Assembly: GCA_001780165.1 (NCBI GenBank)
Contig: MFFQ01000079.1
Span: forward strand, 2,348-66,347
Source of the DNA: Candidatus Eisenbacteria bacterium RBG_16_71_46
GTDB lineage: Bacteria; Eisenbacteria; RBG-16-71-46
Direction of reading: 5' to 3'
DNA length: 64,000 bases
The notes under the pieces are model-generated. The model did not search any database. It saw only the letters and a program-made list of their open reading frames with translations, and was not told where the DNA came from. Shown here piece by piece: positions 50,149 to 59,639 of this stretch. Position 1 is the stretch's first letter, and every line of letters begins with the position of its first letter. The position numbers and the translations under genes are program-made.

Positions 50149-50963
50149 GGGGCCGTCTCCGCCGCACTCCCCTCGAGCGGATGCTGGGCGCGGATGAATT
50201 CGGTCACGAACGGGTCGGCCGGCCGCTCGAGCAGATCCGCCGGAATGCCGCGCTGGACCACGCGGCCGCCGCGCATCAGCGCGATCTCGCTGCCGAGGTA
50301 GGTCGCCTCGGCCATGTCGTGGGTCACCAGCAGCACGGTCTTGCGCAAAGTCTGGAACACGCGCCGGAGATCGGTTTGCAGGCGCGCGCGGGTCAGGGGG
50401 TCGAGTGCTCCCAGCGGCTCGTCGAGCAGCAGCACCGCGGGGTCGAGCATCAGGGCCCGCATCAGCCCCACGCGCTGGCGCTGGCCGCCGCTGAGTTGCG
50501 CCGGGTAGCGGGCGAGCAGATCGGGGGTGATGCCGGTGAGGGCCGTCAGCTCGTCGAGTCGCGCGCGGACGCGCGCGGCGTTCCACCCCAGGTCGTCCGC
50601 CACCAGCGCGACGTTCTGGGCCGCGGTGAGGTGCGGAAACAGGCCGCCTTCCTGGATGACGTAGCCCATGCGCAGGCGCAGGGCGCGGCGGCTCTCCGGC
50701 GCCATCGGCGTTTCGCCGATCCGCACGCGGCCATGATCCGGCGCGAGCAGTCCGACCACCAGGCGCAGCAGCGTGGACTTGCCGCAGCCGCTCGGTCCGA
50801 TCAGGACCAGGGTGGTGCGCGGCGCCACGACCAGCGACACGCCGTCGAGCGCGCGCTTGCCGCCGAAGCTCTTGACCAGATCCTCGACCGCGATCGGGAC
50901 CGCTTCGCCGCCGCCGGCCATCGCATCCCCGCCGTGAGGCGCGCCCACACCGCGCGCGGTCAT
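50145..50963 (-). CDS. quaternary-amine ABC transporter ATP-binding protein (no CBS tail)
   Basis: The protein has Walker A GPSGCGKST, the signature LSGGQRQRVGLMRA and Walker B VLLLDEPLGALD. ATG at 50963 overlaps the antiporter stop (ATGA). An alternative ATG lies at 50921. Confidence 0.9.
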   Translation of the reverse strand: MTARGVGAPHGGDAMAGGGEAVPIAVEDLVKSFGGKRALDGVSLVVAPRTTLVLIGPSGCGKSTLLRLVVGLLAPDHGRVRIGETPMAPESRRALRLRMGYVIQEGGLFPHLTAAQNVALVADDLGWNAARVRARLDELTALTGITPDLLARYPAQLSGGQRQRVGLMRALMLDPAVLLLDEPLGALDPLTRARLQTDLRRVFQTLRKTVLLVTHDMAEATYLGSEIALMRGGRVVQRGIPADLLERPADPFVTEFIRAQHPLEGSAAETAP

Positions 50964-52699
50964 TCGCCGCGCGGCGCCACGGCCGCGGCGCCCGCGCCCG
51001 GAGGCTCGCCATCCCGCTCCTCGCCCCCCTCGCGGGGCGTCCCGTCCTCGAGCGCCAGCAGCCGGGCGTCGATGTCCGCGAGGAGCTTTTCGTACACGTC
51101 CTGGCTCAGGGTGCCCTGGTGGAACGCCTGGAGAACCCGGTCCTTCTCGACGACGAGCAGATGGCGGCGCGCGCGCAGCATCTCTTCCTCGCGCAGGGCG
51201 CCTTCCTCCAGGTGCAGCGCCTGGATCCCCGCCTCGGCCCGCTCGATCCGGGCCTCGTACTCCTCGTGCAGTGCCGCCAGCACCTCCTGAGGCGCGTGCC
51301 GCGCGCGCGTCATCGATTCGACCTCGTTGAGCCCCGCGTTGGCGACCAGCAGCGCGCCGCGGGTCTGCTCGTAGAGCGCGCGCGACTCGCGGGGCCGCAC
51401 CACGCCGAGCCGGCGCAACAGCGGCGCCATCGTGAGGCCCTGGCCCAGGATCGAGATGATGACCACGCCGAAGGTGATGGTCACGAGCAGGTCGCGCTGC
51501 GGAAAGTCGGCCGGCAGGCTGAGTGCCAGCACCATGGACAGCCCGCCGCGCAGGCCGCCCCAGGCCATGACCACGCTCCAGCTGCGCGGCAGGCGGTCGC
51601 GGGTGAGCCCGAGCAGCCCCGAGGCCACCGCGATCACGATCGCCCGCCCGAGGGTGACGACCAGGAACGCCGCCACGATCGGCAGCCACGACGCCAGCAG
51701 CGCCCCGACCTTGACCTCGAACCCGATGAGCAGGAACACGATCGAGTTGAGGGCGAAGGCGACGTACTCCCAGAAGGTCTCCACCGCCACGCGGGTCGAG
51801 GGCGACATGCCGGTGCGCGCGGCGTAGTTGCCGCAGATCATGCCCGCCACCACCGTGGCGATCACCCCGGAGTCGTGGAACTGCTCCGCCGTGACGAAGG
51901 CGCCGTAGGCGGCGATCGTCGTAAGCGTGATCTCGATCATCGGGTCGTCGAGCCGGCGGATGACCTGCGAGACCGCCATCCCCACCGCGGCCCCGATCAA
52001 GGCACCGAGTCCCACGACACGCACGAAGTCCCCCGCCACCGCCCCGGCCGACACCGTCTCGCCGGCGATGAAGCCGAGGATCAGGGTGAAAAACACGATC
52101 GAGGTGCCGTCGTTGAGCAGGCTCTCGCCTTCCACCAGGGTGCCGAGCCGCTTGGGCGCGCCCAGCGACTTGAACAGCGCGACCACGGCGATCGGGTCGG
52201 TGGCGGCGATGATTGCGCCGAACACCAGCGCCAGGCGCCAGTCGAATCCCCCGCCGAATCGCAGGGCCTCGCCGAGCGGTGCCAGGATCACGGTGGTGAG
52301 CGCGATCGCCGCCACCACCCCGGGCACGGCCAGCGAGAAGATCGCGGTGCGGTTGCTCCAGAACTGCTTCCACGAGGTGTGATAGGCGGCCTCGAACAGC
52401 AGCCCCGGCAGGAAGATGGCGAACAGCAGCCGCTTGGTGAGGTGAGGCGGATCGAGCACGTGGAGCGAGCCGAGCAGCAGGCCCGCCAGCACCAGCGCCA
52501 CGGTGTAGGGTATGCGCCAGCGCCGGGCGGCGATGGCCACCGTGGTGGCGACCACGAAGAGCAGGATGAAGACGGTCTCGGCGTGCACCGCGCTAGTGTC
52601 CCGTCCCAGGAATCGCTTGACCACCAAGGCGCCCGCTGCGCCCGGCGGGCAAGGCGCGACGACGATGTCGTATCCTGGAGATACGTCGAGGAGGAGCAA
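50960..52699 (-). CDS. Na+/H+ (cation/proton) antiporter, CPA1/NhaP type with a cytoplasmic C-terminal domain
   Basis: The protein has about 12 TM segments, including FLPGLLFEAAY and AIIAATDPIAVVALFKSLGAP (the ATDP motif). The start is uncertain: TTG at 52699 in the track, with GTG at 52624 plausible. Confidence 0.85.
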   Translation of the reverse strand: MLLLDVSPGYDIVVAPCPPGAAGALVVKRFLGRDTSAVHAETVFILLFVVATTVAIAARRWRIPYTVALVLAGLLLGSLHVLDPPHLTKRLLFAIFLPGLLFEAAYHTSWKQFWSNRTAIFSLAVPGVVAAIALTTVILAPLGEALRFGGGFDWRLALVFGAIIAATDPIAVVALFKSLGAPKRLGTLVEGESLLNDGTSIVFFTLILGFIAGETVSAGAVAGDFVRVVGLGALIGAAVGMAVSQVIRRLDDPMIEITLTTIAAYGAFVTAEQFHDSGVIATVVAGMICGNYAARTGMSPSTRVAVETFWEYVAFALNSIVFLLIGFEVKVGALLASWLPIVAAFLVVTLGRAIVIAVASGLLGLTRDRLPRSWSVVMAWGGLRGGLSMVLALSLPADFPQRDLLVTITFGVVIISILGQGLTMAPLLRRLGVVRPRESRALYEQTRGALLVANAGLNEVESMTRARHAPQEVLAALHEEYEARIERAEAGIQALHLEEGALREEEMLRARRHLLVVEKDRVLQAFHQGTLSQDVYEKLLADIDARLLALEDGTPREGGEERDGEPPGAGAAAVAPRGE

Positions 52700-52756
52700 C
52701 GCGGCCCGCCGGGATGCAGCGGCCGCCGACTGGCAAGCGACTCCTGGGACGGGACA

Positions 52757-53458
52757 CTAGCCCCAGCCCTGCTCGAGCAGCGAGCGGGTCTCGGCCACCG
52801 CCGCCGCCCACACCGCGCGCATCTCGTCGTCCGGACGCTGGTAGCGGCCCCCGAAATTCCCGTCTCCCACGAACTCGCGGACCGCCTGTGGGGTCATCGT
52901 GGCGATGCGCGAGGAGTCGATCATCGGCTTCGCCCCGGACGGGGGCTCCACGCCGGCGAGCCGGGTCCAGGGGAAGCTCTCCATCCACGAGGCGTGCGAG
53001 GCCTGGGGATCGATGCACTGCACCTCGGCCCACACCCGCGGCGCGTTCCACCAGCTGTGGAAGCGGACCCGCACCCCGGCGTGCGCTCCCTGCCAGGCCT
53101 CGAGCGCCGGGAGCACCGGCTGATTGCCGCCGTGGCCGTTCGCCACCAGGACGCGGCGAAAGCCGGTGCCGGCGAGGCTGTCGAGGACGTCCGTCAGCAC
53201 GGCGGCGAGGGTCTCGGTGCGCAGCGAGACCGTGCCCGGGTAGGCGCGAAAGGCGGGGGTGATGCCGTAGGCCAGCACCGGGAACACCGGAACCCCGAGC
53301 GGTTCGGCCGCCTCGATCGCGAGGCGCTCGGCAAGGATGGCATCGGTCGCCAGACTCAGGTAGGCGTGCTGCTCGATGCTGCCCACCGGCAGCACCGCGC
53401 GATCCTCGCGCGCCACCAGCGACTCCACCTGCATCCAGTTGAGATCCGCGATGCGCAT
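52757..53458 (-). CDS. creatininase-family (creatinine amidohydrolase/MftE-like) protein
   Basis: ATG at 53458 gives the 233 aa protein MRIADLNWMQVESLVAREDRAVLPVGSIEQHAYLSLATD...VLVANGHGGN. These are the family metal-site motifs EQH and NGHGGN. Confidence 0.85.
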   Translation of the reverse strand: MRIADLNWMQVESLVAREDRAVLPVGSIEQHAYLSLATDAILAERLAIEAAEPLGVPVFPVLAYGITPAFRAYPGTVSLRTETLAAVLTDVLDSLAGTGFRRVLVANGHGGNQPVLPALEAWQGAHAGVRVRFHSWWNAPRVWAEVQCIDPQASHASWMESFPWTRLAGVEPPSGAKPMIDSSRIATMTPQAVREFVGDGNFGGRYQRPDDEMRAVWAAAVAETRSLLEQGWG

Positions 53459-53888
53459 CGCGTCCCGTCGTCGAGGCTGTGCGTGCCGCCGGCGGGCGCC
53501 GCGCCCCGCGACCGGGGGCGCGCGGTGGGCCCGCGCTTCCGTGCGCCCGCAGCCCCTCCCCGCGCGCGCGGCGCCACTATAGGCAGCGCGCGCCCGGGCG
53601 CAAAGCCGCCGCCGGGTCCGGCGCGCGATGCGCCCACTGGACGAGCTGGATCCAGCGGACGCCGGGCACGAGCCTGGCGTCCCCAACCCTCCGAGGACGC
53701 GTGGCGCTCGCCCTCCCACCCCGCGCCGCTTGGCCGGCCGCGTGGCGCCGGCTCTCTCACCCCGCGCCGATCGCCGAACGAAGGCGGAAGCGCAAACCGC
53801 CCGGGCGATACCGCGTCGCGTGCGGACGAGCGACCGCGGACCACCCGGGCGGCAATGAGACGTCCCGCCGGGACGAGGCGGACCGAGC

Positions 53889-54472
53889 CTAGCGCACCTT
53901 GGCCAACCGCAGCACCGCCCGCTTCCCTCCCTCGATGAGCCGGATCACGTACACCCCAGGCGCCAGCCGTGCGCCCTCGCGCAGATCGAGCACGTGGCTT
54001 CCTGGTCCGAGCGAGCCGACCTCGCGCGAGAGCACTCGACGGCCGGCGATGTCGAGCAGCTCGAGCGTCGCGGGTCCCCCGCCCGCCAGCGAGAACGCGA
54101 TCGCGAACGGTTCGGCCGCGGGGTTGGGCAGGGCGCCGCGCAGGCGAGGTGCGCGTCGCCGCCCTCGATCTGGAGCAGCGCGGCCGGCCGCGGGCGCGTG
54201 GCGACGAAGTAGACGCCGAGGCCGAGCCCCACGAAGGTGCCGATCGCGAAGCCGTTCTCGATGATCTCGCCGTCGTTGCCGCCGTCATCCACGACCGCGA
54301 AGGCCACTCGCGCCACCGTGCCGGCCAGGGCGCCATGGACCGTGGAACGGAAGCTCTCGACCGCCGGGTTCTCCTGGCTCCGGCGGCTGACGCTCACGCC
54401 GGCGAGCGCGGGGAGGGCGAGGCCCATGATGGCCACCACGCAGCCACACACGATCGAGCAGGGTCTACGCAT
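53889..54472 (-). pseudogene. small secreted protein with a T9SS-type/FlgD-Ig C-terminal domain, split by a frameshift near 54132-54160
   Basis: The frame starting at 54472 gives MRRPCSIVCGCVVAIMGLALPALAG...LQIEGGDAHLA. A different frame then reads ...LRGALPNPAAEPFAIAFSLAGGGPATLELLDIAGRRVLSREVGSLGPGSHVLDLREGARLAPGVYVIRLIEGGKRAVLRLAKVR, ending at TAG 53889-53891. This could be a genuine pseudogene or an assembly indel. Confidence 0.5.
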
Positions 54473-54901
54473 GACGACCTCCCGTGGGGAAGGACGATGC
54501 GTGGGAAGGAACGCGGCGAGAGGCTAGCACAGCCGACCCGCGCGTCCGCAGCCGGCGCGTCCGATGACGTCCCGGCGGTAGCGGGGCCGGCGTGAGTGCG
54601 GTCCCACGAGCATGGCTGCGCCCGCGCAGGTGCCGCGCGAGACCCGTCGCTCCACTTGCCCGCGAGCCGGGCCGGGGCTCGCCATCTGCCGGGCGCGGCA
54701 GGCCACATGCCAGATCGGCAGTCTTCCCACCTCGCAACGGCTCGTCGCACACCCGCGATCGCGATGCCTTGCGGGAAATTAGCGCGTCGCCCGACGAAAC
54801 GACCGGACTGGAACGACTCATGCTGGCCCGCTTGCGGACCGCCTCGGCCGGTCCTGCGATCGATGTCATCAAACCCCACGAACATGAGGAGGAATCGAGC
54901 C

Positions 54902-57082
54902 ATGCACCCCCAGCGCATCCACCTGCCCTGGCCCGCCCTCGCGACCGCCGCGCTCCTTTTCGGTCTGGCCACCGCCCCGTCGCCAGCCACGGCGCAACCA
55001 CCCCTCCTGGACCCGGTGACGCATCCCAAGTTCCAGAACGAGCTGCCGCGCCCGACGAAAATCGATGCCGGGAAGGGCCAGCATTTCGAGATGGAGATGA
55101 ACGAGACCGTGCAATGGCTGGGCCTCGTGGACGTCGACAACGCTCATGCCCGGCTCATGACCACGGTGTGGGGCTACGGTCCGGCCGGGTCGGCGGTCAC
55201 CTATCCGGGCCCCACGATTGTGGCGTCGAAGAACGGCCCGATCACCGTCACCTGGAACAACAGCCTGCCCCCCTACAATCACGGCTTCCCCGGACTGGGC
55301 GGCCACCTGCTGCCGGTCGACCCGACCCTGCACCTGGCGCATCCGGTCGCAGGCGGCATTCCCACCGTGACGCATCTGCACGGCGGGCACACGGAGTCGG
55401 CCAGCGACGGACTGCCCGAGGCGTGGTTCACCCAGGGGTTCGCAGAGACCGGCCCGCAGTTCGTCAAGCAGCGCTACACCTACGACAACGATCAGGAGGC
55501 GGCAACCCTGTGGTACCACGATCACGCTCTGGGCATCACGCGTCTCAACGTCTACGCCGGGCTCGCCGGGTTCTACCTGCTGCGCGACCCGAACGAGATG
55601 CGTCTGTTGAGGACGAACGTCCTGCCCCAGGGGCCGTACGAGAGGGAGATCGTCATCCAGGATCGCATGTTCGCGAAGGACGGCCAGCTCTTCTATCCCT
55701 CCGAAGACCCCGAGATCGAGCCCGGCTTCGATCCCCTGCCGCCGGGTCCCAGCGCGATCGCGGAATTCTTCGGGGACTTCATCGTCGTCAATGGCACGGC
55801 CTGGCCGCGATTGACGGTCGAGCCGCGCAAGTATCGGCTGCGCCTGCTCAACGGCTCCGACTCGCGCTTCTACGTGCTGGAGTTTCGGAACGATGCGTTC
55901 GGCGGCACGGATCAACCCTTCTTGCAGATCGGCACCGATGACGGACTGCTGCCGATGCCCGTCCCGCTCGATCGGCTGAAGCTCGGCCCGGGCGAGCGCG
56001 CCGATGTCGTCTTCGACTTCTCGCGCTTCGGTGACGGGACGGAACTGTTCATGAGAAACTTCGGCCCCGACGAGCCCTTCAAGGGCCTGGACGAGGACGG
56101 GAACCCGAGCGACGGCGAAGGCGGCGCGCTCCCGCCCGCGGATCCCATGACCACGGGTCAGATCATGAAATTCGTGGTCGAGGTGCCGGACTACCAACTG
56201 GTGGGCGGCATTCCCCCGAGCGGCCCGAATGCGGCGGACGCGACGGTGGACGTTGGCACGCGCCTGCGCCCGCCGATCCAGCCGCTCAAGCAGAAGGGAG
56301 CGACCCGGCAGCTCGTGCTGTTCGAGGGCCTGGACCGCTACGGCCGTCTCCAGCCGCTGCTCGGCACGCTGGCGGACGGCTCGCTGTCCTGGTTCCAGTC
56401 CATCACCGAGAACCCCATGCTGGACGACGTGGAGGTGTGGGAGATTTACAACGCCACGCCGGACGCGCATCCCATTCACCTGCATCTCGTCGCCTTCCAG
56501 ATCCTGAACCGGGAGAGCTTCGACGGCACGGTCGCCGAGAAGCCCCAGCCGCAGCACGACGGTGGCGAGGGCGTGGGCGGAATCCTCACGGTGAACGCGC
56601 TGGGCGGCGACGCGCAGGGACCGGAGCCCAACGAGAACGGCTGGAAGGACACCGCCGTCATGCTGCCGGGCCAGGTCACCCGCCTGATCGCCAAGTTCGA
56701 CCGCGCGGGGCGCTACGTGTGGCACTGCCACATCCTGTCGCACGAGGATCACGAGATGATGCGCCCGTACGAGGTGCGCTCGCGGGCCGCGATCGCCATG
56801 CCGGCCGAGCCCGTCGCTCAGGATGCGACGCCCCGGCTGCGGGCGCGCGGCACCGAGCTGATGCTCACGCTCGGACGCGCGGCGCCGGTCGGTGTCAAGG
56901 TCTTCAACGTGCTCGGCCAGGAGGTTCGCGACCTGGGCCGCGCCAGCTACGACGCCGGCGCCCACGCGATCCGCTGGGACGGCCGCGACGTCCGCGGGCA
57001 CGAGGTGCCGAGCGGCGTGTACTTCTATCAGGTGAGGCTGCCGGAGACCTGGCTGGTCGCCAAGGCGATCCTCCTCCGCTGA
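54902..57082 (+). CDS. secreted three-domain multicopper oxidase (CotA/bilirubin-oxidase-like) with a T9SS-type/FlgD-Ig C-terminal domain
   Basis: ATG at 54902 follows a GAGGAGGA RBS and there is a signal peptide. The copper motifs are THLHGGH, WYHDHA, HPIHLHL and HCHILSHEDHEMM. The C-terminus is VGVKVFNVLGQEVRDLGRASYDAGAHAIRWDGRDVRGHEVPSGVYFYQVRL...AILLR. Confidence 0.9.
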   Translation: MHPQRIHLPWPALATAALLFGLATAPSPATAQPPLLDPVTHPKFQNELPRPTKIDAGKGQHFEMEMNETVQWLGLVDVDNAHARLMTTVWGYGPAGSAVTYPGPTIVASKNGPITVTWNNSLPPYNHGFPGLGGHLLPVDPTLHLAHPVAGGIPTVTHLHGGHTESASDGLPEAWFTQGFAETGPQFVKQRYTYDNDQEAATLWYHDHALGITRLNVYAGLAGFYLLRDPNEMRLLRTNVLPQGPYEREIVIQDRMFAKDGQLFYPSEDPEIEPGFDPLPPGPSAIAEFFGDFIVVNGTAWPRLTVEPRKYRLRLLNGSDSRFYVLEFRNDAFGGTDQPFLQIGTDDGLLPMPVPLDRLKLGPGERADVVFDFSRFGDGTELFMRNFGPDEPFKGLDEDGNPSDGEGGALPPADPMTTGQIMKFVVEVPDYQLVGGIPPSGPNAADATVDVGTRLRPPIQPLKQKGATRQLVLFEGLDRYGRLQPLLGTLADGSLSWFQSITENPMLDDVEVWEIYNATPDAHPIHLHLVAFQILNRESFDGTVAEKPQPQHDGGEGVGGILTVNALGGDAQGPEPNENGWKDTAVMLPGQVTRLIAKFDRAGRYVWHCHILSHEDHEMMRPYEVRSRAAIAMPAEPVAQDATPRLRARGTELMLTLGRAAPVGVKVFNVLGQEVRDLGRASYDAGAHAIRWDGRDVRGHEVPSGVYFYQVRLPETWLVAKAILLR

Positions 57083-57165
57083 CCTCGAGAACGGCGCGAT
57101 CCCCCCTGCGCCGAGACCGAAGGGCGAACACCGCGACCACCCCCGGCAACGAGGGTGGTCGCGGG

Positions 57166-58878
57166 TCACGCCATCGGCGCTTGCCCCCGCCGGAGCACGA
57201 TCACCGTCATGTCGTCCGCCTGATGATCGAGGCTCGAGTGACGTGACACCTCGTCGAAGATCCGCTGGCCGATCGCACCCGCACTCAGGTTCCGCGCGTC
57301 TCGCACCAGATCGCGCAGGCGCTCCTCGCCGAACATCTCTCCCGCGGGCGAGCACGCCTCGGTCACGCCGTCGGTGTACAGCACCAGCACGTCACCGGGG
57401 GCAAGCGCGACCCGCGCCTTCTGGTAGCGGGCGTCGGGGATCGCCCCGAGGAGCGGACCGCCCTCCGACAGTTCCTCGACGGCTCCCCCCGCCCGCATGA
57501 GCAGCGGCGGATTGTGGCCCCCATTGATGTAGACCAAGTCGCGCGTCGAGGGCTCCAGCACCCCGAGGAAGAAGGTCACGAACCGTTTGGACTCGGTGCT
57601 GTCGAGGAGCTGGCGATTCATGGCCGCCATCCATTCACAGGGGTCCTCGCGTGGCCGCATCGCTTGGCTCCGCAGGCAGGCCTGGATATTGGACATGAGG
57701 AGCGCCGCCGGGATGCCCTTGCCCGAAACGTCGGCCAACACCAGAGCCAGCGGCCCCGCGCTCCCCCACGGCAGCACGTCGTAGTAGTCGCCCGAAACCT
57801 CGAGGCTCGGCACGTTGGCGGCGAAGAGATCGAACCCCTCGAGCCGGGGCAGCTCCTGCGGGAACAGCATGAGCTGGATCTCGCGCGCCATCTCGAGCTC
57901 GCGCCGGATGCGCGCCGCTTCGCGCGCCTCGCGGTTCAGCCGTTCGATGTTCTCGGTCATCGAGTTGAACGATCCGGCGAGGAACCCGAATTCCTCCTGC
58001 GCCATCTGCGGCGCGCGATAGGAGAGATTGCCGCGCGAGACCTCCCCCATCGCCGCGACCAGCTCCCCGAGCGGTCGGCTCACGCGCGCCGACAGCAGAC
58101 GGCTCACGTAGACGGCGAGAATGGTGACGACCGCCATCCCCGCGAGCAGCCAGGCGCTCTGCCGCCGCACCAGCTGCGAGATGAAGGGAGCGAACGGAAC
58201 TTGTTCCACGTGGGCGACGGAGCGCCGCCAGCGCGCGGTGACCCCGCTGTCGGTGGAGGCGCTGACCACCAGGACGCGCGGCGCGTCGGCCTCCCCCGGC
58301 GCGCCCGCCCAGGTCGCGAAGCTCTCGACGAAGCCGATGCGTCGTTGCACCGGCTGCGCGGCCGTCGCGAGAAAGCGCTCCAGCGCTGCGGCGGGGACTT
58401 TGGGCTCGTCGGCGCGCGCTTCGCCGGAGTCGTGCGACCCCGGCCCGGCGTCGGTTTCCGCGCGTTCACGTTCCGCGATCAGCCTCCACGCGCCCGCGTC
58501 TCTGCGGTAGAGCCGAAGCGCGCGGACCGTCACCGAGGCCGGGATCGCTTCCTGGTCGACCAAGCGGCCGAGAATGCAATCGAGCGCGGTCGAGCCTGCC
58601 GCGGGCCCGCATTGGGCGGCGGCGGCCCGCAGGGCGCCGGCGTTGGCCAGCGCCAGATCGTCGAGGTATTGGCGCGCGAAGAACGCGAGGTCCCGCTTGA
58701 CCGCTTCGGTGCCGGTCTCGGTCCACAGGCGCTCGAACAGCGAGCGCAGGCCCTGGCCGGTCGCGAAGAGCGACGCGATCGAGACCGCGCCCAGGGTCAG
58801 AGCGACCAGGACGATGCCGAGGAACAGGCTGCGCTCGAACCGGGTGCGGGCGCGCGGACGGGGCGAAGGAGTCGCCAT
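57166..58878 (-). CDS. membrane sensor phosphatase: periplasmic domain + HAMP + PP2C/SpoIIE serine phosphatase
   Basis: ATG at 58878 gives a protein with two TM segments flanking a ~300 aa periplasmic region. The HAMP region is RVSRPLGELVAAMGEVSRGNLSYRAP...FLAGSFNSMTENIERL. The SpoIIE/PP2C region has VSGDYYDVLP, VLADVSGKGIPAALLMS, LYTDGVTEA and DDMTVIVL. Confidence 0.85.
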   Translation of the reverse strand: MATPSPRPRARTRFERSLFLGIVLVALTLGAVSIASLFATGQGLRSLFERLWTETGTEAVKRDLAFFARQYLDDLALANAGALRAAAAQCGPAAGSTALDCILGRLVDQEAIPASVTVRALRLYRRDAGAWRLIAERERAETDAGPGSHDSGEARADEPKVPAAALERFLATAAQPVQRRIGFVESFATWAGAPGEADAPRVLVVSASTDSGVTARWRRSVAHVEQVPFAPFISQLVRRQSAWLLAGMAVVTILAVYVSRLLSARVSRPLGELVAAMGEVSRGNLSYRAPQMAQEEFGFLAGSFNSMTENIERLNREAREAARIRRELEMAREIQLMLFPQELPRLEGFDLFAANVPSLEVSGDYYDVLPWGSAGPLALVLADVSGKGIPAALLMSNIQACLRSQAMRPREDPCEWMAAMNRQLLDSTESKRFVTFFLGVLEPSTRDLVYINGGHNPPLLMRAGGAVEELSEGGPLLGAIPDARYQKARVALAPGDVLVLYTDGVTEACSPAGEMFGEERLRDLVRDARNLSAGAIGQRIFDEVSRHSSLDHQADDMTVIVLRRGQAPMA

Positions 58879-58901
58879 GGCTCCTGGCGCGATCGACGCG
58901 G

Positions 58902-59639
58902 CTACGGCTGCAGGCTCGACCGGACCAGGTCGAGCGCCCCGGTGAACAGGCGGCCGGGCAGCTGGCCCGGCCTGAACGCGGGAGATTCCATCCGGATGGA
59001 AAGCAGGCTCCCCTTGCCGCGGAACAATGCCATCATCTCCTTGGGCAGGACCCCCGCGAGCTTCACGTCCTCGCCACCCGATCGCCCGCTCGGAGGTCGC
59101 GGAACCAGGGCGACCTCCAGTTGGATGGTGTACTCCTCGCCGGGCTCGAGGATCCCGAGGTCCACGACGTGCAGCATGGTGAAGCGCCTGAAGCGATCGA
59201 GCGAGGCATAGTAGCTCTTCTGCGTGGCGATCTCCCGCGCGTTCTCGGTCAGCACGTACTCCTCGTACCATCGGCTGTAGCTCAGCGTCCGGCGCACCAC
59301 CTCCCTCACCACCATGCGGTGGCCGAATCGCTCCTTCTTACGGACCTCGGTCGAGACCACGCAGTCCACGCTCAAACCCCGCTCCTCGAGGGCGTCGTCG
59401 AGCCGCGCCTCCCGCAGCGACTGGATGGGGATCGCGAAGCCGATGAACAGGCTGCCGCCCTCCTCGTGAGAGTTCAGCGAGTCGAGGCCCTGCCCGCGGC
59501 ACGGGGGGACCGCGGCCACGAGCAGCAGCGCGAGCACGGCCCAGTGGAGCGCGGATGCGCGCCGCCCGGTCGGCGGCCAGGCCTGCGGAGACCGGGCGGA
59601 GCCGGGGGCCCCGCGCCTCGCGACCCTCGCGCCATTCAT
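58902..59639 (-). CDS. secreted/periplasmic protein, DUF4390-like (tentative)
   Basis: ATG at 59639 overlaps the upstream stop (ATGA). A hydrophobic signal-like segment WAVLALLLVAAVPPC is present. The body LFIGFAIPIQSLREARLDDALEERGLSVDCVV...RTLSYSRWYEEYVL...YYASLDRFRRF...LEPGEEYTIQLEVAL follows the pattern I recall for DUF4390. That domain is typically encoded just upstream of HAMP sensors. Confidence 0.6.
   Translation of the reverse strand: MNGARVARRGAPGSARSPQAWPPTGRRASALHWAVLALLLVAAVPPCRGQGLDSLNSHEEGGSLFIGFAIPIQSLREARLDDALEERGLSVDCVVSTEVRKKERFGHRMVVREVVRRTLSYSRWYEEYVLTENAREIATQKSYYASLDRFRRFTMLHVVDLGILEPGEEYTIQLEVALVPRPPSGRSGGEDVKLAGVLPKEMMALFRGKGSLLSIRMESPAFRPGQLPGRLFTGALDLVRSSLQP

Noticed and set aside
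53459-53888. A 430-bp gene-free, ~75% GC region with the track ORFs 53479..53892(+) and 53356..54336(-).
   Set aside because: The translations are Arg/Pro/Ala-rich nonsense. I found no motifs, promoter-like AT island or stable long hairpin. I treat it as intergenic sequence.
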